From contig RBNJ01000108.1 in assembly GCA_003990765.1 (NCBI GenBank), positions 1-41,347 of the forward strand: 41,347 nt of DNA. Direction: 5' to 3'. Each line of letters opens with the position of its first letter. Position 1 is the first letter of the stretch. Below are positions 24,235 to 36,240 of the stretch, in pieces. The DNA comes from Jimgerdemannia flammicorona. Lineage: Eukaryota. The translations under genes were made by a program, and so were the position numbers. The notes beneath the pieces were generated by a model that was not told the DNA's origin, did no database searches, and saw nothing but the letters and a program-made list of their open reading frames with translations.

Positions 24235-27200
24235 ATAAACAGTACAACAAATATTTTCTCTTTGAACATGAATGGGTTACAGGGTGCTTCTCGACATAGG
24301 AACATTTTTACTTAGATAAAGGGATTGGAGGCCGATCTCTTCCTCTTGCAGGATGTCCGGTATGAAGATGACTCTGATAGGTTAGAATGGATGAAGGAAT
24401 GGGGAGGTGCAGTGATTTGGAGGGGCAAGGTTGGGATTTTGGTTAGGAAAGGCAGAGGGGAGATACAGAATGTGCAGTGCTGGGGAGAGAGACTGATCTG
24501 GGGAGAGTGGATTCGGGTAGGCTAGGAGCCAGTTATGATTGGTTCTTGCTACTGCCCTACGGTACAGGGTGAGAGGGTTGATTGGGTGAAGGGACTATAG
24601 GAGAGTGGATTACTTGTGGAGGCTGGGGTGGATGTGCTAGGGGGAGATTTCAATATGGTTAGGGATATACTGATGGATAGATCAGATGGAGGACGAGGTG
24701 CTGAGGGCAGGAGTGGAGGGCTGGTGGCATGGGAGGAAGTCGAGAGGCTGAGTGCACTATTGGATGCTGGAAGGGAGTACTGGGGGAGTAGGAGGGTCTA
24801 TACACATTGGGCAGGGGGTCTGGGGACTAGAATCAATTGGATTTTGACAGCTTGCTGCTGGGGACTAGATGTTTGGAAATCATTGGAGGTGGAATGGTGT
24901 CCATGGTTGGATCACTGGGGGCTTTTGGGACAGGGGTGCTTTGGGGGAAGTGGGGATGGGCCTGGATATTGGCGCCTCAATTCCTCTTTGTTAGATGACA
25001 AGACCCAGTGGGATGAGTGGGCTAAAGACATTCAGCTGAGGGTGGAGACCTGGAGGCAGGAAGGGGCTGCAGTTGGGACTCGGTGGATGAGGATGAAGGA
25101 AATGGCCAGAATTTACTGGAAGGAGGCTGGCAAGGAGGCAGGGAAGCAGCGAAAACAAAAGGTGTGCTGGGCCTCTGCTCGATTGACGAGGCTCCTGGAG
25201 GAGTGGGCACAGCTGATGATGTTGGAGGGAGAAGAAGATTGGAGATTACTGAGGGCGAAAATGGAGGTTGGGGAACTTCAACAGGTGCTGCGGGAGGAAG
25301 AAGAGGCAAGAGTACAAAGCTTGGCAGCACGGCTTCATTGGCAGGATCTGGAGGAAGGAGAGAGGCCTTCCAAGCTTCTTTCAAGGGCCCTTAGGGCAAG
25401 GTGGGTCCAGCAATGGTGGGAAGGGGTCTTGGACTCTGATGGTGTACTGGTGCATGGTGTACAGGATATTCTTGGATCGCTGAAGGAGAGATGGAGTAGA
25501 TTGTGGAGTGAGGAGGAAGGTGGGGCAGATGCCGCTACAATTGAATGTACATTGGAGGATTGACACCCACCACAAGTCGAAGGGCTAGGGGACCTGGTGA
25601 TGCCTGTACAAGAGGGTGAGATCCACCAGGTTCTTGCCGCAACAACATCTGGTATGGCACCTGGGGAGGATGGGCTGCCCTGGGACTTTTGGAAGTGAAT
25701 GGTTGAAGTCCCAGGGGTGATGGGAGAGATGACAGCATTGTGTGACCTTATTCTACAGACAGGTAGATGGGTGGGGGGGCAGGACCTTGGGCTGGTGACA
25801 CTGCTCTACAAAAATAAAGGAGGGCGGGAGGATTGGAAGAACTGGCGGCCGATAATGCTGCTAGATATGGACAGAAAGTTGGTAACCAAGGTGGTGGTGA
25901 CAAGACTACAGAAGGTGGCCCAGCAAGTCGTGGGTGTGGAGCAGAGGGGATTTGTGGGTGGTCAGCTCATCAGGGATGACACCGCCTAGGTGCATGGCAT
26001 CATTGAAGGGGCGAGAGCATATGGGCTAGATGGGCGTCTAGTTTTCTTGGACCAGGAGAAGGCTTATGACTGGGTGCAGAGAGTCTGGCTGGAGAAAGTT
26101 CTGGATAGAATGGGGGTACCACATCAATTCGGGTTGACAATGGTCAGCCTACTGGAAGGGAGTAGGGCTGCACTCATATGTAATGGACATAGAGGGGTAG
26201 CATTCCCCTTGGGAAGGGGCGTGCCCCAGGGGGATCCACTGTTCCCCATTTTGTATGCTCTTTCCCTGGAACCACTTATGGACCGGATTAGGTGGAGGAT
26301 AGTGGGGCTCTCTGTCTTTGGCATAGGATAGAAGGTTAGGGCCTTTGCTGATGACATGGTGGTGGGCTTGGGTTCGATTGCTGATGTTGAGGAGCTCAAG
26401 AGGACTGTGGAGTGGTATGAGGAGCATTCTGGAGCTAAGCTGAATTGGCATAAGTGTGAGACAATGGTGCTTGGTAATGGCCTGGTAGGAGGGGAAGTTA
26501 TAGGAACAATTGTCCCCACCGGTGAAGCAGTGCGGTACTTAGGTATCTACTTGTCAGTCTATGGGTCAGTTCTGCCCAAGCTTTGGTGGGAGCAGAGGAT
26601 TGGAATCTGGGAGGAGGCTCTGCGGAGTTGGGGGGGTAGACAGTTTTCTCTAGCAGGGTGGGTCTCGGTTTTGAATGTCTACTGGCTGCCAAAGTTGTGG
26701 TATCTGGCATATCATCTGGACTTCCCAGCCTGGGTAGTGAAGAGATTGATGAAGGCAGCAAAGGGATGGATTTGGGCTGGCAGGCGGAGTCAGATTAGTT
26801 GGGAAACCTTGTCCCTACCAGTGGTAAGAGGTGGTCTTGGGCTGGTTGACTTTCCAAAATGGTTACACTGCTTGAGAGTATGGTGGCTGAAGAGGGCAGT
26901 GGAGTTGAGAGGAGGTGGATTGGTTCCTCTGTTACAAAAGATATGGGAGAGGTGGACATCACCAAGGGGCTCAACTGGTGATCTCCTCTCCTTGGTTGGG
27001 CTTCAGAACACTGCCCAACTACGATATAAAGGATTTTGGTGGGGAATTGCAGAAGGAGCACACTGTATTGGTATTTGTTGGCAAGAGAATGAAGGTGAGG
27101 AGGATTGGGACCTGGCAATGTGGAGATGGGACTGTATACTGCTGGGTGGTGCTCCTTTAGCTGAGTTCGATATTGGTGATGGAATGGAATGCCAAAGGGG

Positions 27201-27825
27201 ACCAGGCCAGGATCTGTGGCCTAGCAGTTGGCAAGGAGTTGGAATTGGCAAAGAGTGGAACTGGCATAGTGTTTAGACCTGGAGCGCTGCAGTGAGAGCA
27301 TGGCTGCCACCAAAGTACTGGGTGGTCTGGTGGCGCATACTGCAGAGGAATGTTATGCTCAATTTTTGCTCAGGGCACCTGGTTGTAGAGGGTTGCTTCG
27401 ACTGTAAGGAGTGCCATAATGTAGGGCAGGAGGGGGGTTATGTACAGACACTGGAACATTGGCTAGGAGAGTGTGAGGTATTGGGGAATTTTTGGCAGAC
27501 AATTGGGGATCGCTTAGGGGTACGGGGTGGGAGTGATGGAGTACAGAGGCGATGGGAGGACCTGAGGGTTAGATTGGTAGGGGGGATAGGGAAGGAGTGG
27601 CTCACTTTAGGTTGGGCTTTGGCTATTTGGGTGGGGTTGGCCAGTTATTGGCTATTTGTCTTTGAGGATGGGAGGAGGTAGAGCTTGGGAGACTGGCTGC
27701 TGCGATGGCATAGGCTTATGGAAGACACCTTAACAGCTGGGTTGGGGGATGTGGGGTGGTCAGAGGCGTCGCTTGGTGGAGAGAATCTGTGGGCAAAGTG
27801 GGGGGAGAGTGGGGGTCGTTGGTGA
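24235..27825 (+). pseudogene. LINE ORF2: AP endonuclease, reverse transcriptase, C-terminal Cys-rich region
   Basis: FSLNMNGL, LFLLQDV, GGDFN, LDHW, GYWRLNSSLL, KNWRPIMLLDMDRK, FLDQEKAYD, GVPQGDPLFP, AFADD (26341-26355), RYLGI, GGLGL, CxxCxxC..EHWLGEC. Confidence 0.93.
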
Positions 27826-28126
27826 AAGGGTGATTTTTATTTGTGAGGAAGTAGGGAGGGGCCCCTTGGTGGGGATTGGATAGTGGGTCGGAATGATGTA
27901 TAATTATTCATAGACTGGTAATAAAGGCGGAGTCCAAGTGGCTATAAAAAAAAAAAAAAAAAAAAATGACGTTCTGGATGTTGGCATGATTCCAGCACAT
28001 GATAAGGAACCCCGGGCTGAGGCCCTCGTTAATGACTTGCGGCCACCTGCTGTTCTCATTACTGGTGAGCATACCGGGATTCCCGAGAATGAGAGTACGA
28101 CAGAAGTACGTTGGTCTGGTTTAGCG

Positions 28127-28307
28127 TTGTTTGACGGGAGATTGCGGAGGTCGCCTAGGATCTGTGTTCAATTGTTCGATGGGAGATTGCAGAGGTTGAC
28201 TAGGATCTGTGTTCAGGTCTTTCTCCATTTTTAGTCGGACACATCATGGTTATCACTCGTAGCTGTTCGACAGAAGATTGCAGAGGTTGGCTAGGATCTG
28301 TGTTCCG
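28127..28307. repeat. Three imperfect 45-nt repeats (15-aa unit LNTDPSQPLQSPIEQ on minus strand)
   Basis: Units 28127-28171, 28172-28216 and 28263-28307 share gattgc.gagg....ctaggatctgtgttc. Confidence 0.85.
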
Positions 28308-28639
28308 TATCTAGTTCTTCGATAGGAACCAATTAGATATGGACGTGAGACACTAATCGCACAAGTGCCGCATATAGGGTTTCGGCAACCGCCGGAAGCA
28401 CTCGTCACCGCTGAGATGGTCCAGTTCCTTTGTGAGCATGGTTTTGAACGATCCGGAAATGGTGCGCATAATGAACGCTTCGACGTTGTGCGCAAATACG
28501 GTACTCTGGATCGATCGGACATGGTGGACGACAGGAAAGTGGGACAGGCGCAAAGGCCTCGCTCATGTCCAGTCGAACGCCCCCTTGGCATCGGGGAATG
28601 GTAATCGCTCCGGTCTCTCCGATGGTATTTCAGTGACGT

Positions 28640-29510
28640 GGGTGGCTACCGCGGGGCCCGTTGCGTTAGCAGCCGCTGTGTGTGTCGTTGGAGTGGTGTC
28701 GTTGGAGCGGTGACGTGGTCGCCTTGCGAGGTGCTAGTAGTGGCGAGGCGCGTAGAGGTGGCAGCCACGGGACCCATGTCGTAGCAGCCGCTGGGTGCGG
28801 CATTGGAGCGGTGGCGGGGCTCATGGTGATAGAAGCGGGGAGCCTTGAGGTGGCAGCCGCTGGGCGCGTTGTTGGAGCAGTGGTGGGGTTGCATACGAGA
28901 GGCGCGTCGAGGTGGCAGTCACGGGGTAGCAGCCGCTGGGAGCGGCGGCGGGGATCGTAGTGCTAGAAGCGGCGTGGCGCTTCGAGGTAGCAGCCGCATG
29001 GCACGTTGTGGAAACAGCCATGGGGCACGTCGCTGTAGTGGCAGCAGGGCTCGTAGTTATAGAAGCAGTGGGACACGTCGTTGCAACTGCCGCAGGGTGC
29101 GTTGTGCTTGCAGCCGTGGTGTAGGTAGCAGTAGTGGTGCGCATTGTGGTAGGACCCGCGGGGCGCGACGTGTTAGCAGCCGCGGGGCGCGTCGTAGAAG
29201 CAGCCGTGGGGCGCGTCGCATCCAAGTGGTGGTCTAGCGGTGGGGCGCTTCGTCAAAGCATCCAAGGGATGGTCTGGCGTGGTGGAGCGCGTCGTAATAG
29301 GGCCCGCAGGGCGCGATGTAGTAGCTGCCACGGGACGGCCTTGAGTGGTCGAGCGCGTCGCGGTGGAGGGCGTCGTGGTGGAGCGCTTTGTAGTGGAGCG
29401 CGTCGTGATAGAGCAATGTAGTTGCAGCCACGGGACGGCGGTGGCGTCGTGGTGGAGAGCCTCGTGGTGGAGCGCGTAGTGGTAGGGCTCGTGGGGCACG
29501 TCGTATAAGC
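28640..29510. repeat. Degenerate GC-rich minisatellite-like array (gcgcgtcg / gcagcc motifs, about 27-nt period)
   Basis: Recurring ggcgcgtcgt.gt.gcagcc units, CpG-rich. Confidence 0.7.
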
Positions 29511-29939
29511 AGCCACTGGACTGTCTGGCATGGTTGAGTGCATGGAGGTTGAAGATGGTTTGTACGAAAGTTGTCTTGATGGTGTTATGCGTAGAGGTTC
29601 ATACTGAACGCGAACCTTATAAACATTTTTTTTTTTTTTTTCTGTAGTCGATTGATTTCCTCAGTTTGACGTCATTATGATACTACTGACACAGTGGCTG
29701 AGAGCGCATATGTTACCACTATGCCACATATACATTTAACTGGGAAAAAATATATATCAATGAATAATAAAAAATAAAGAAGCCATCAAATTTAGGGTTA
29801 AGGCGCGTTACACCATCGCGTACCTCTACCACACATGTTCCGTTCACACAATCAAGGAGCGTATGCCAAAGTTACAATCAACAGATGTTCTAAGGAGAAT
29901 ACATATACGCAAATGTAAGGATACAAATTAAATATGATG

Positions 29940-30205
29940 AAAAGTATGGTAGGGTACACCTTCTCAGGAAGGCCAGCCCATGCAATCCCGTGATTAATAC
30001 CGATGATGGAAAGGGCACAAGTATTATGATTGCTTTTATCTAGATGCAGAGTCACTACATCACCGCTCCGAAGTGCGACGCCATGGCCATGAGATCCTCT
30101 CGGCCAAAATACTTTCCGATAATCGATACAATACCCCGCCGATGGTTTGCCGTTTATCTCAGCCACAACGGCACATGTTTGCGAAAACCTGATCAAGGCT
30201 GTCAA
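29940..30205 (-). pseudogene. SPRY/B30.2-like domain fragment
   Basis: HGVALRSGDVVTLHLDKSNHNTCALSIIGINHGIAWAGLPEKVYPTI resembles the SPRY C-terminus (GDvigvxLD...lsFxxNG..G.Af..l...lYP). Confidence 0.6.
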
Positions 30206-30369
30206 GCTTCCATCGTTTACATAAGACCATCGCGTACCAAAACGTGCTCGCCCCGATGCACAGGACCGTTGGCGGATGAAGTATCAAACTTATGTCAACC
30301 AAATACAAAACCTGTCCGCTCTCTCGCTTGTTGATTTATTCTACTTTTTATTCCCATCCTCTCTCCGCA

Positions 30370-30388
30370 ATATATATATATATATATA
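30370..30388. repeat. (TA)n microsatellite
   Basis: atatatatatatatatata. Confidence 0.9.
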
Positions 30389-31554
30389 AACAAGATCCCT
30401 GAACTCAGACCTCTTTGTTAGAGGACACCTCGTGCATACTCTGCTTATGCGTCTCGGTGCCTGGAGTTTAAGGAAACAGAGAAAGCAGTGCCGAGAACAG
30501 GACATGGGTCATAACATAATGAAAGAACGTATTCACTTGCATACATAATATAGTGCGGTCACAACATAAGGATTTCCTATTTCCTCCTCAGCGGTTATCC
30601 TCAGCAGGCAATCCTTAGACTATTTGGCTCCTCTTGGTATTGTATTTGAACGAATGGAACTGAACTGACTTCATTCCACGGCTACCGGGTTATTTTTATA
30701 TACATTTCGTTGTTGATGCTGATCTTAATGGCATAAGCTATATTACTGGGTATGTATGTTCATTATTAACTATAAAAGGATGGTCGAGTTTGCCATCTTG
30801 TGAAAGCTTGCCATTTTGTGGCAGCTTGCCATTTCATGGTGGTGGTCCCTCTTTCAGTATGAATTCTCTTGTGGATTGGAGGCAGGGTGCGATCAAATCT
30901 AGGCCAGGACAAATCACATGACCTTTTGGGATTACATACCAAAAAAGATTCTTGTTCCTGTCCATGACATCTTCTAGATAAAGAAATTCCATCTTTGTCC
31001 ATTACACCCACTTGTCCAAATATTACCGCCTGGAGTATAACTTGCACCTGAACCAACCATACCACTGGCAACGCTGCAAGGAACTATGTCTAGGTTCAGC
31101 GCACGTGTACGATGGACGCTGTGCCATAGTTGGGTCCACAATTTCAAAGTCGCGAGATAGACTTCGCAAATTGCTCGCATATCTCGGTATTATATTACCG
31201 CAATCAAAAGGTGACTTGGGCGTAATATTTGTTGCCTGTGTTCACAATTATATCCGCTACATTGAATACGGTCAAATCTAAACCGACCTAATTTCATTGG
31301 GAGATAAGGTCGGTTTTGATTTGAACGAACTCGAGGTAATTGAAAAACCACCAATATATTAATATTTATATAAGCGTGAGTAACTTCATAGCAGTGGCTC
31401 ATTGGCAGGTTTCTCCTCCTAAGTATACCAGACAATTGGCTTTTGCTTTGATTTTCTGACTGAGGTTTATTCACTCTTATCTCTACAGTTGTGGTTGCTA
31501 TCTGGTTGCTATGTGGCTAACTATAGAATGCACAGTAATGCTATTTTGGGAAGG

Positions 31555-31641
31555 GGGGTGACCAGGTGTGTCCACTGGGCACAGGTGTGTCTGAGGGGCA
31601 CAGGTGTGTCCAATGGGCACAGGTGTATCCTTAGGACACAG
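31555..31641. repeat. Tandem ~19-20 nt repeat gggcacaggtgtgtc (four copies plus a partial one)
   Basis: Directly visible; lies in a CpG-free patch. Confidence 0.85.
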
Positions 31642-33129
31642 ATCAATAAACCTGATTTGGTACCTTGCTAATTATAAGTGGTGGCACATGTGGGTAACTA
31701 GGTATGGGTAACTATGCTATGCTGAGTATTCATATCATCTGGCTATACTATGTTATTTGCTTGTCACAATATGTTTCCACATTTCGAAGAGTAGAACTCG
31801 GCGAAGACCATTAAACGGGAGCAAAATATTTATTTGTACGAAAAATTCCTATTAAACAATTATTACAACAGGGAAGTGTGAGATATTTTCTACTGATTGT
31901 CCCACGGTCCGTGGTTGTTTTGTACCATTGCGAATTGTCCATCAAAGTGCGCTTTCCATCACAACGTTACGTCGACAAAATCGGCAACGGGGGCAAACGG
32001 CACAGGCAAGACCCGAGCCAATGCGGACGCGAACCTAGGGCGGGCAGATTAGGAACGGACAATGTGTATTCCAGAATTCTTTGTGCCGCGCATACCGTTC
32101 CGTTGTCGAACCGACATCTCCTAATTTGTACACAGTGTGTCCACCTTATTATGGTCCTGCCGTCCTTAGCATAGTCAGATATAGCCCTCCGCATCACGTT
32201 GCATAAATAGGGCAAATATCGGGTCCGCGCCTCAAAGAATAAGAGTGTGCCACCTAGTGGTGCAGATTAAGTAATAGTTTACTCCTCCGGTATCCATTCA
32301 CCGACGTGGCGCCGCGGCCAAGTGATCCGCCACAATATCGTTACAGTTAGAATCGGGTTATTGCGTCGACACGGATTGCAGCGGAAATATGTATTACAAA
32401 TGGCCGGAATGGATCAATCCAGATTACATAAAACGCATGCCGTCAGAATGCTTGCGGATTAAATGACACTTGTGATATCGCCAAAAATGGTTTAATGATG
32501 CCAATGCCCACCTCTCACGTATCTCCAGAGGAAATATTGCATATAGAGGTTTCGTCCATGCGCACCGGACTGGTGGTCGAAATTCGCTGCGTCGTCGTCG
32601 AAGTACCACCGATACCGCGTGGCGTCGGTGTATTATGGATATCGCGCCTGCGAGAAAGGGAAGAGAAGAAAGACGTGAAAGCGGGAGAAAAGATTTAAAT
32701 CCAACAAACATCATTAAGGAAAAAAAAAAAAATGGGAGGGAGGAAGACGCGCAATGCAAAAACGGTGGGACCGTTTATGGAAGTCAGCGTAACGTTGATT
32801 GATTGACACGTGATCTCCCTGTCTCCATTGCAATTGTTAATAACCGATTTTTTATTCGACATAGGAGAATGAAACAGAATATTGCACTGTCTCAGAAGAC
32901 TGCTATCTCGTTATGCAAGGGGGAAAAAAAAAAAGGTTAATCTATAATTAAGAATTCGGACAAGTCGAAATACAGTCAATCTGTATAAATAATTCGTACA
33001 AGTCGAAATCCGATAAGTTGTTTAATCCATTTATGTGCTAGGCATGCAATAATGCTGCTGCAACTTTCAATATTACGTTTATTGATTACATTTACATTTA
33101 AGCGGCCATTGAAACGTCATTGAAGTTCG

Positions 33130-34323
33130 CTAGACATCGTTATTGTCCTGCGGACATACGCTTGTACGATGTGGTTTGACCCTATCACCATTCTTGCGCA
33201 TTGACTTTAGAAACTGCGAATTCACAAAATACTCGTTCAATAAGTCTTCCAAAGCTTGAAGACGTTCTGCCAACACGTCAACAAAGAATTTTGCTTCTGT
33301 TGTCCCACGATGTTGCCAATTTGTTTTATCCGCTAACGGCATCCCAGTTGTGGTCAAAAATGAATCTTTAAAAATGAAACAAAAGAAGACATTGATATTG
33401 ATAAAATGATCTTTATAGGAGATACAACACGGGGAGAAACGAAATTGCCTCGAGGAAATTACCAACTTCATACCTTCAAGTTTTTTTGGTCGATTCTCTA
33501 CAACATCCACGTGCCAACATTTGAACGACCCCCCAACTTGATGCAGCTCGGACACCGAAAAGGAAAGCATACAAGCTCGCCACTATGCTGACGAAACCGC
33601 CGATGGGCGGTACTGTAGATAAAACCGTGTGTACTCTATGATCAAGGTAATGAGGAGAAAAGCGAAATAATAAATAGAATCATTAATGAACAGATTCATC
33701 GCGACTGTCAGCTAATTGCGCCCACATTACCAACCTTATTTCAGTTTGAACTGTCACGGTGAGCATATCAACTAACAAAAAAAGAATTGGCATCATCACA
33801 GTCGCCGACGAAGCTTTTTGACTCTTCCAACTCGATTCCTAGACATCAACCGAGGAAATTTTGTTCGTCTGGGGGAACCCAAGATAGTTCCGGAAGGTCA
33901 TTCATGCTTCACGACTGACTAAGTTACGATGGGTGATGAACCTGTGAAATCACGCGGTTGTGAAATGGTTCCAATTTGTACTCGTTTCTTGGGACGCGCT
34001 CGGAAAACCTGTTGCCGGCGATGGCTTCCAGGCCTTAGGGTCTGTGATGGTGAGATTGTTACTTGTAGGTGGCATGCGTATAAGGCGACGAAATGTACTG
34101 TCCATCGAAGAACAGTGCACTGAATGTACTGGTTTTCCATGAATTATTGTAGTTTACTGGAAGAGCCACTACCGGGAAATATTGTTCACATGGATTGGAA
34201 TGGGACGATTGTTCAGTAAGAATTTGGTAAGTGTTCAATAGAATGACCTTCCTCTCCTTTTTTCCTGCCGCCCTCAGGACCTTGGCAGAAACAAAACAAA
34301 TTTCCCCATAAATTCTTACCTGC
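33130..34323 (-). CDS. 3' exons of a spliced host gene or pseudogene of unknown product, interrupted by element C
   Basis: Introns GTATGA..TTTAAAG (33473-33366, 108 nt) and GTAAGA..GGTAG (34319-34169); last exon DSFLTTTGMPLADK...LEDLLNEYF...DNNDV*; middle exons not resolved. Confidence 0.5.
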
Positions 34324-34789
34324 TGTGATGGCTGATCTGAATTAGTAACATGAAACAGGGGAATTAGACATTTGATCGTGGTACCTGAATCCGATTCCCA
34401 ATATAGCTTAGCCTTATAAATAGCAGCCATATTCCGCAAAGTGCAGAAACTTTAATGTTTGCAAAGATTTAGGAGATGTTAGAATCTTCATGATCAGTGA
34501 AATCTTAGCAGATGTTAAAAGATTCAACACTTGCGAAATGAGCCATTACTTAGCCACCTTATAGTTAGCAAAACTTGTATAAATAACCCAGTATCTTAGA
34601 GTGAATAAACCTCAGATCGAAATAGTTCAAAAGTAAAGAGATAGCAAAGGAACTAGTAAGCCCACAGGCAGATACACTTTGAACTCATCCACCCCTGCAT
34701 CCCAAGGACTCTGAGGAGTCAGAGAAGATCAAGTATTCAAGATACAGAAATCTGATGTACTTTCAAGAGTAAGCATCTGCTATATTACA
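34324..34789 (+). repeat. 5' LTR of element C
   Basis: Direct repeat of 40576-41041; TATA-like gtataaata at ~34577. Confidence 0.96.
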
Positions 34790-34801
34790 ACTTAGTGCCC
34801 A

Positions 34802-36240
34802 TTGGCTGATAATTCAAGACGAATCCCTCACTTTCAAGCTGAACAACAAACAACTGCCACTACCCAAGCAACTACACAAACCAAGCCACAATACCCAGAA
34901 AAAATGGATATGAGACTACCAGTATTCCACAGGTATACCTCAGATGAATCAATCATTACCTTCATTGATGATTTCAAGCAGTATGCCACTATAAGGACCC
35001 TGACAGCAGCACAGCAAGTAGCCCTCATGCCCTTCAGCCTATGAGGTCCTGCCAGAGCAGCATTTACAGCTACAACCCATGCAGGAAATAATGCTGATGC
35101 TATACTGACAGCACAGAAGACCTAGCTCTGAAATATATATTATATAGATGAGATCAAGCAAGCCCTGAAGGATTAGCTCAACACAACATACCAAGGAATG
35201 AGTGAGAATCCAAACACATTCTATACTAGAATTCAATATCAGATAATCCTCGCAGATTATGCTACTACTATCCGAGATCAAGTAGCCAAAGCAACCTTCA
35301 TGAAAGGAGTTCACCCAGAGATAGCTATGGCCATCCATTCATTACCAGTAGTCTTGGATCTACCACAGAAGATCACCTATGCTCAGCAATATTGGACAGC
35401 CAGACACCCACAAGACCATATAATGGAAAGAGTCACAGGAGTCAGAATTGAAACACCCAAGGCAACCAGTGTGATCCCTACTATAATGATAAATCAAAAC
35501 ACACCTCAGCCAAAAACTACAGAGCAGCAAAAGAACAGTAACCCTATGGAGGAACTTGCCAAGAGATTTACTGAAATGACCACCCACCTGGGAGACATGG
35601 TAAAAGAAATCCAAGGAAGAAACTGCCACCCAGTTCAGAAGTTTGTTGCCACCTTGGATAAGAAGAAAGGTACCTGCTACACCTGTGGAGAAGAGGGCCA
35701 CTACTCCTATGAATGTATGAGTGAAACCAAGCACAAGGCTCAACCAAGCAATGCTATATGAAACAAAGAGCAGACCAATACAATTATCTTCAAGGAAATT
35801 GGAGATTCTGATAAAGAAGAATGGGAGGCCTATCTTGCTCAGACTGCCAAGAAGGATGTTTGCAAGGAACTCTACAAGAGACCACCAGGAAGACCCAAGA
35901 AGAACCCAGTAGAAAAGTAGATGGAAATGGCCACCAAAAGCCAAGCTGAAGAGATGGACCAAGATATGAAGCTGGAGCAAGTAGTTCAAGATATTATCTA
36001 AGGAACTACCCTAGCCAGCAAAGAAGAAAAAGAAAAGAAACTTCACAAGACTAAGACTTTCAAGTATGATATCTTCAAGGACCTTAGCCAACAAAAGGTC
36101 AATGCAACCTTTGGTTAGCTTGCAGAAATCCCAACATTCAGACAACAAATGAGATTTGGACTTGCCGAAACAACCAAGGAGCAAGGATGAAAGATAACTG
36201 AGGCCAATAATGTTCAAGAGGACTCAGGAGAAGCAAGTGA
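34802..36240 (+). pseudogene. gag: gag of element C
   Basis: MDMRLPVFHRYTSDESIITFIDDF; KATFMKGVHPEIAMAI; zinc knuckle CYTCGEEGHYSYEC. Confidence 0.88.

Larger units (their letters stand above)
22094..27966 (+). mobile_element. L1/Tx1-like non-LTR retrotransposon (LINE), near full length, inactivated
   Basis: ORF1 plus ORF2 (APE-RT-Cys-rich), AATAAA at 27920, poly(A) 27946-27966; strongly G-rich coding strand; 5' boundary inferred from the end of LTR similarity. Confidence 0.92.
27967..29543 (-). pseudogene. Frameshifted host-type gene relic with a Thr/Ala/Pro/Arg-rich repetitive N-terminus
   Basis: Overlapping minus-strand ORFs with TTRP/AAA repeats in shifting frames, then protein-like text (RTISGSFKTMLTKELDHLSGDECFRRLPKPYMRHLCD; LGNPGMLTSNENSRWPQVINEGLSPGFLIMCWNHANI) running into the LINE poly(A). 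Confidence 0.45.

Noticed and set aside
22155-27251. Long minus-strand Pro/Ser-rich ORFs (for example 276, 286 and 250 aa)
   Set aside because: Antisense shadows of the G-rich LINE coding strand
27938-28234. 98-aa ORF with a poly-Lys stretch
   Set aside because: The poly-Lys is the LINE poly(A) tail
28127-28307. Repeat-spacer-like pattern suggesting a CRISPR array
   Set aside because: Only three imperfect 45-nt units, two directly adjacent; length is a multiple of three within a coding relic; eukaryotic context and no cas genes
34059-34439. 126-aa minus-strand ORF, and the 113-aa plus-strand ORF at 40853-41194
   Set aside because: Chimeric read-through across LTR/host junctions
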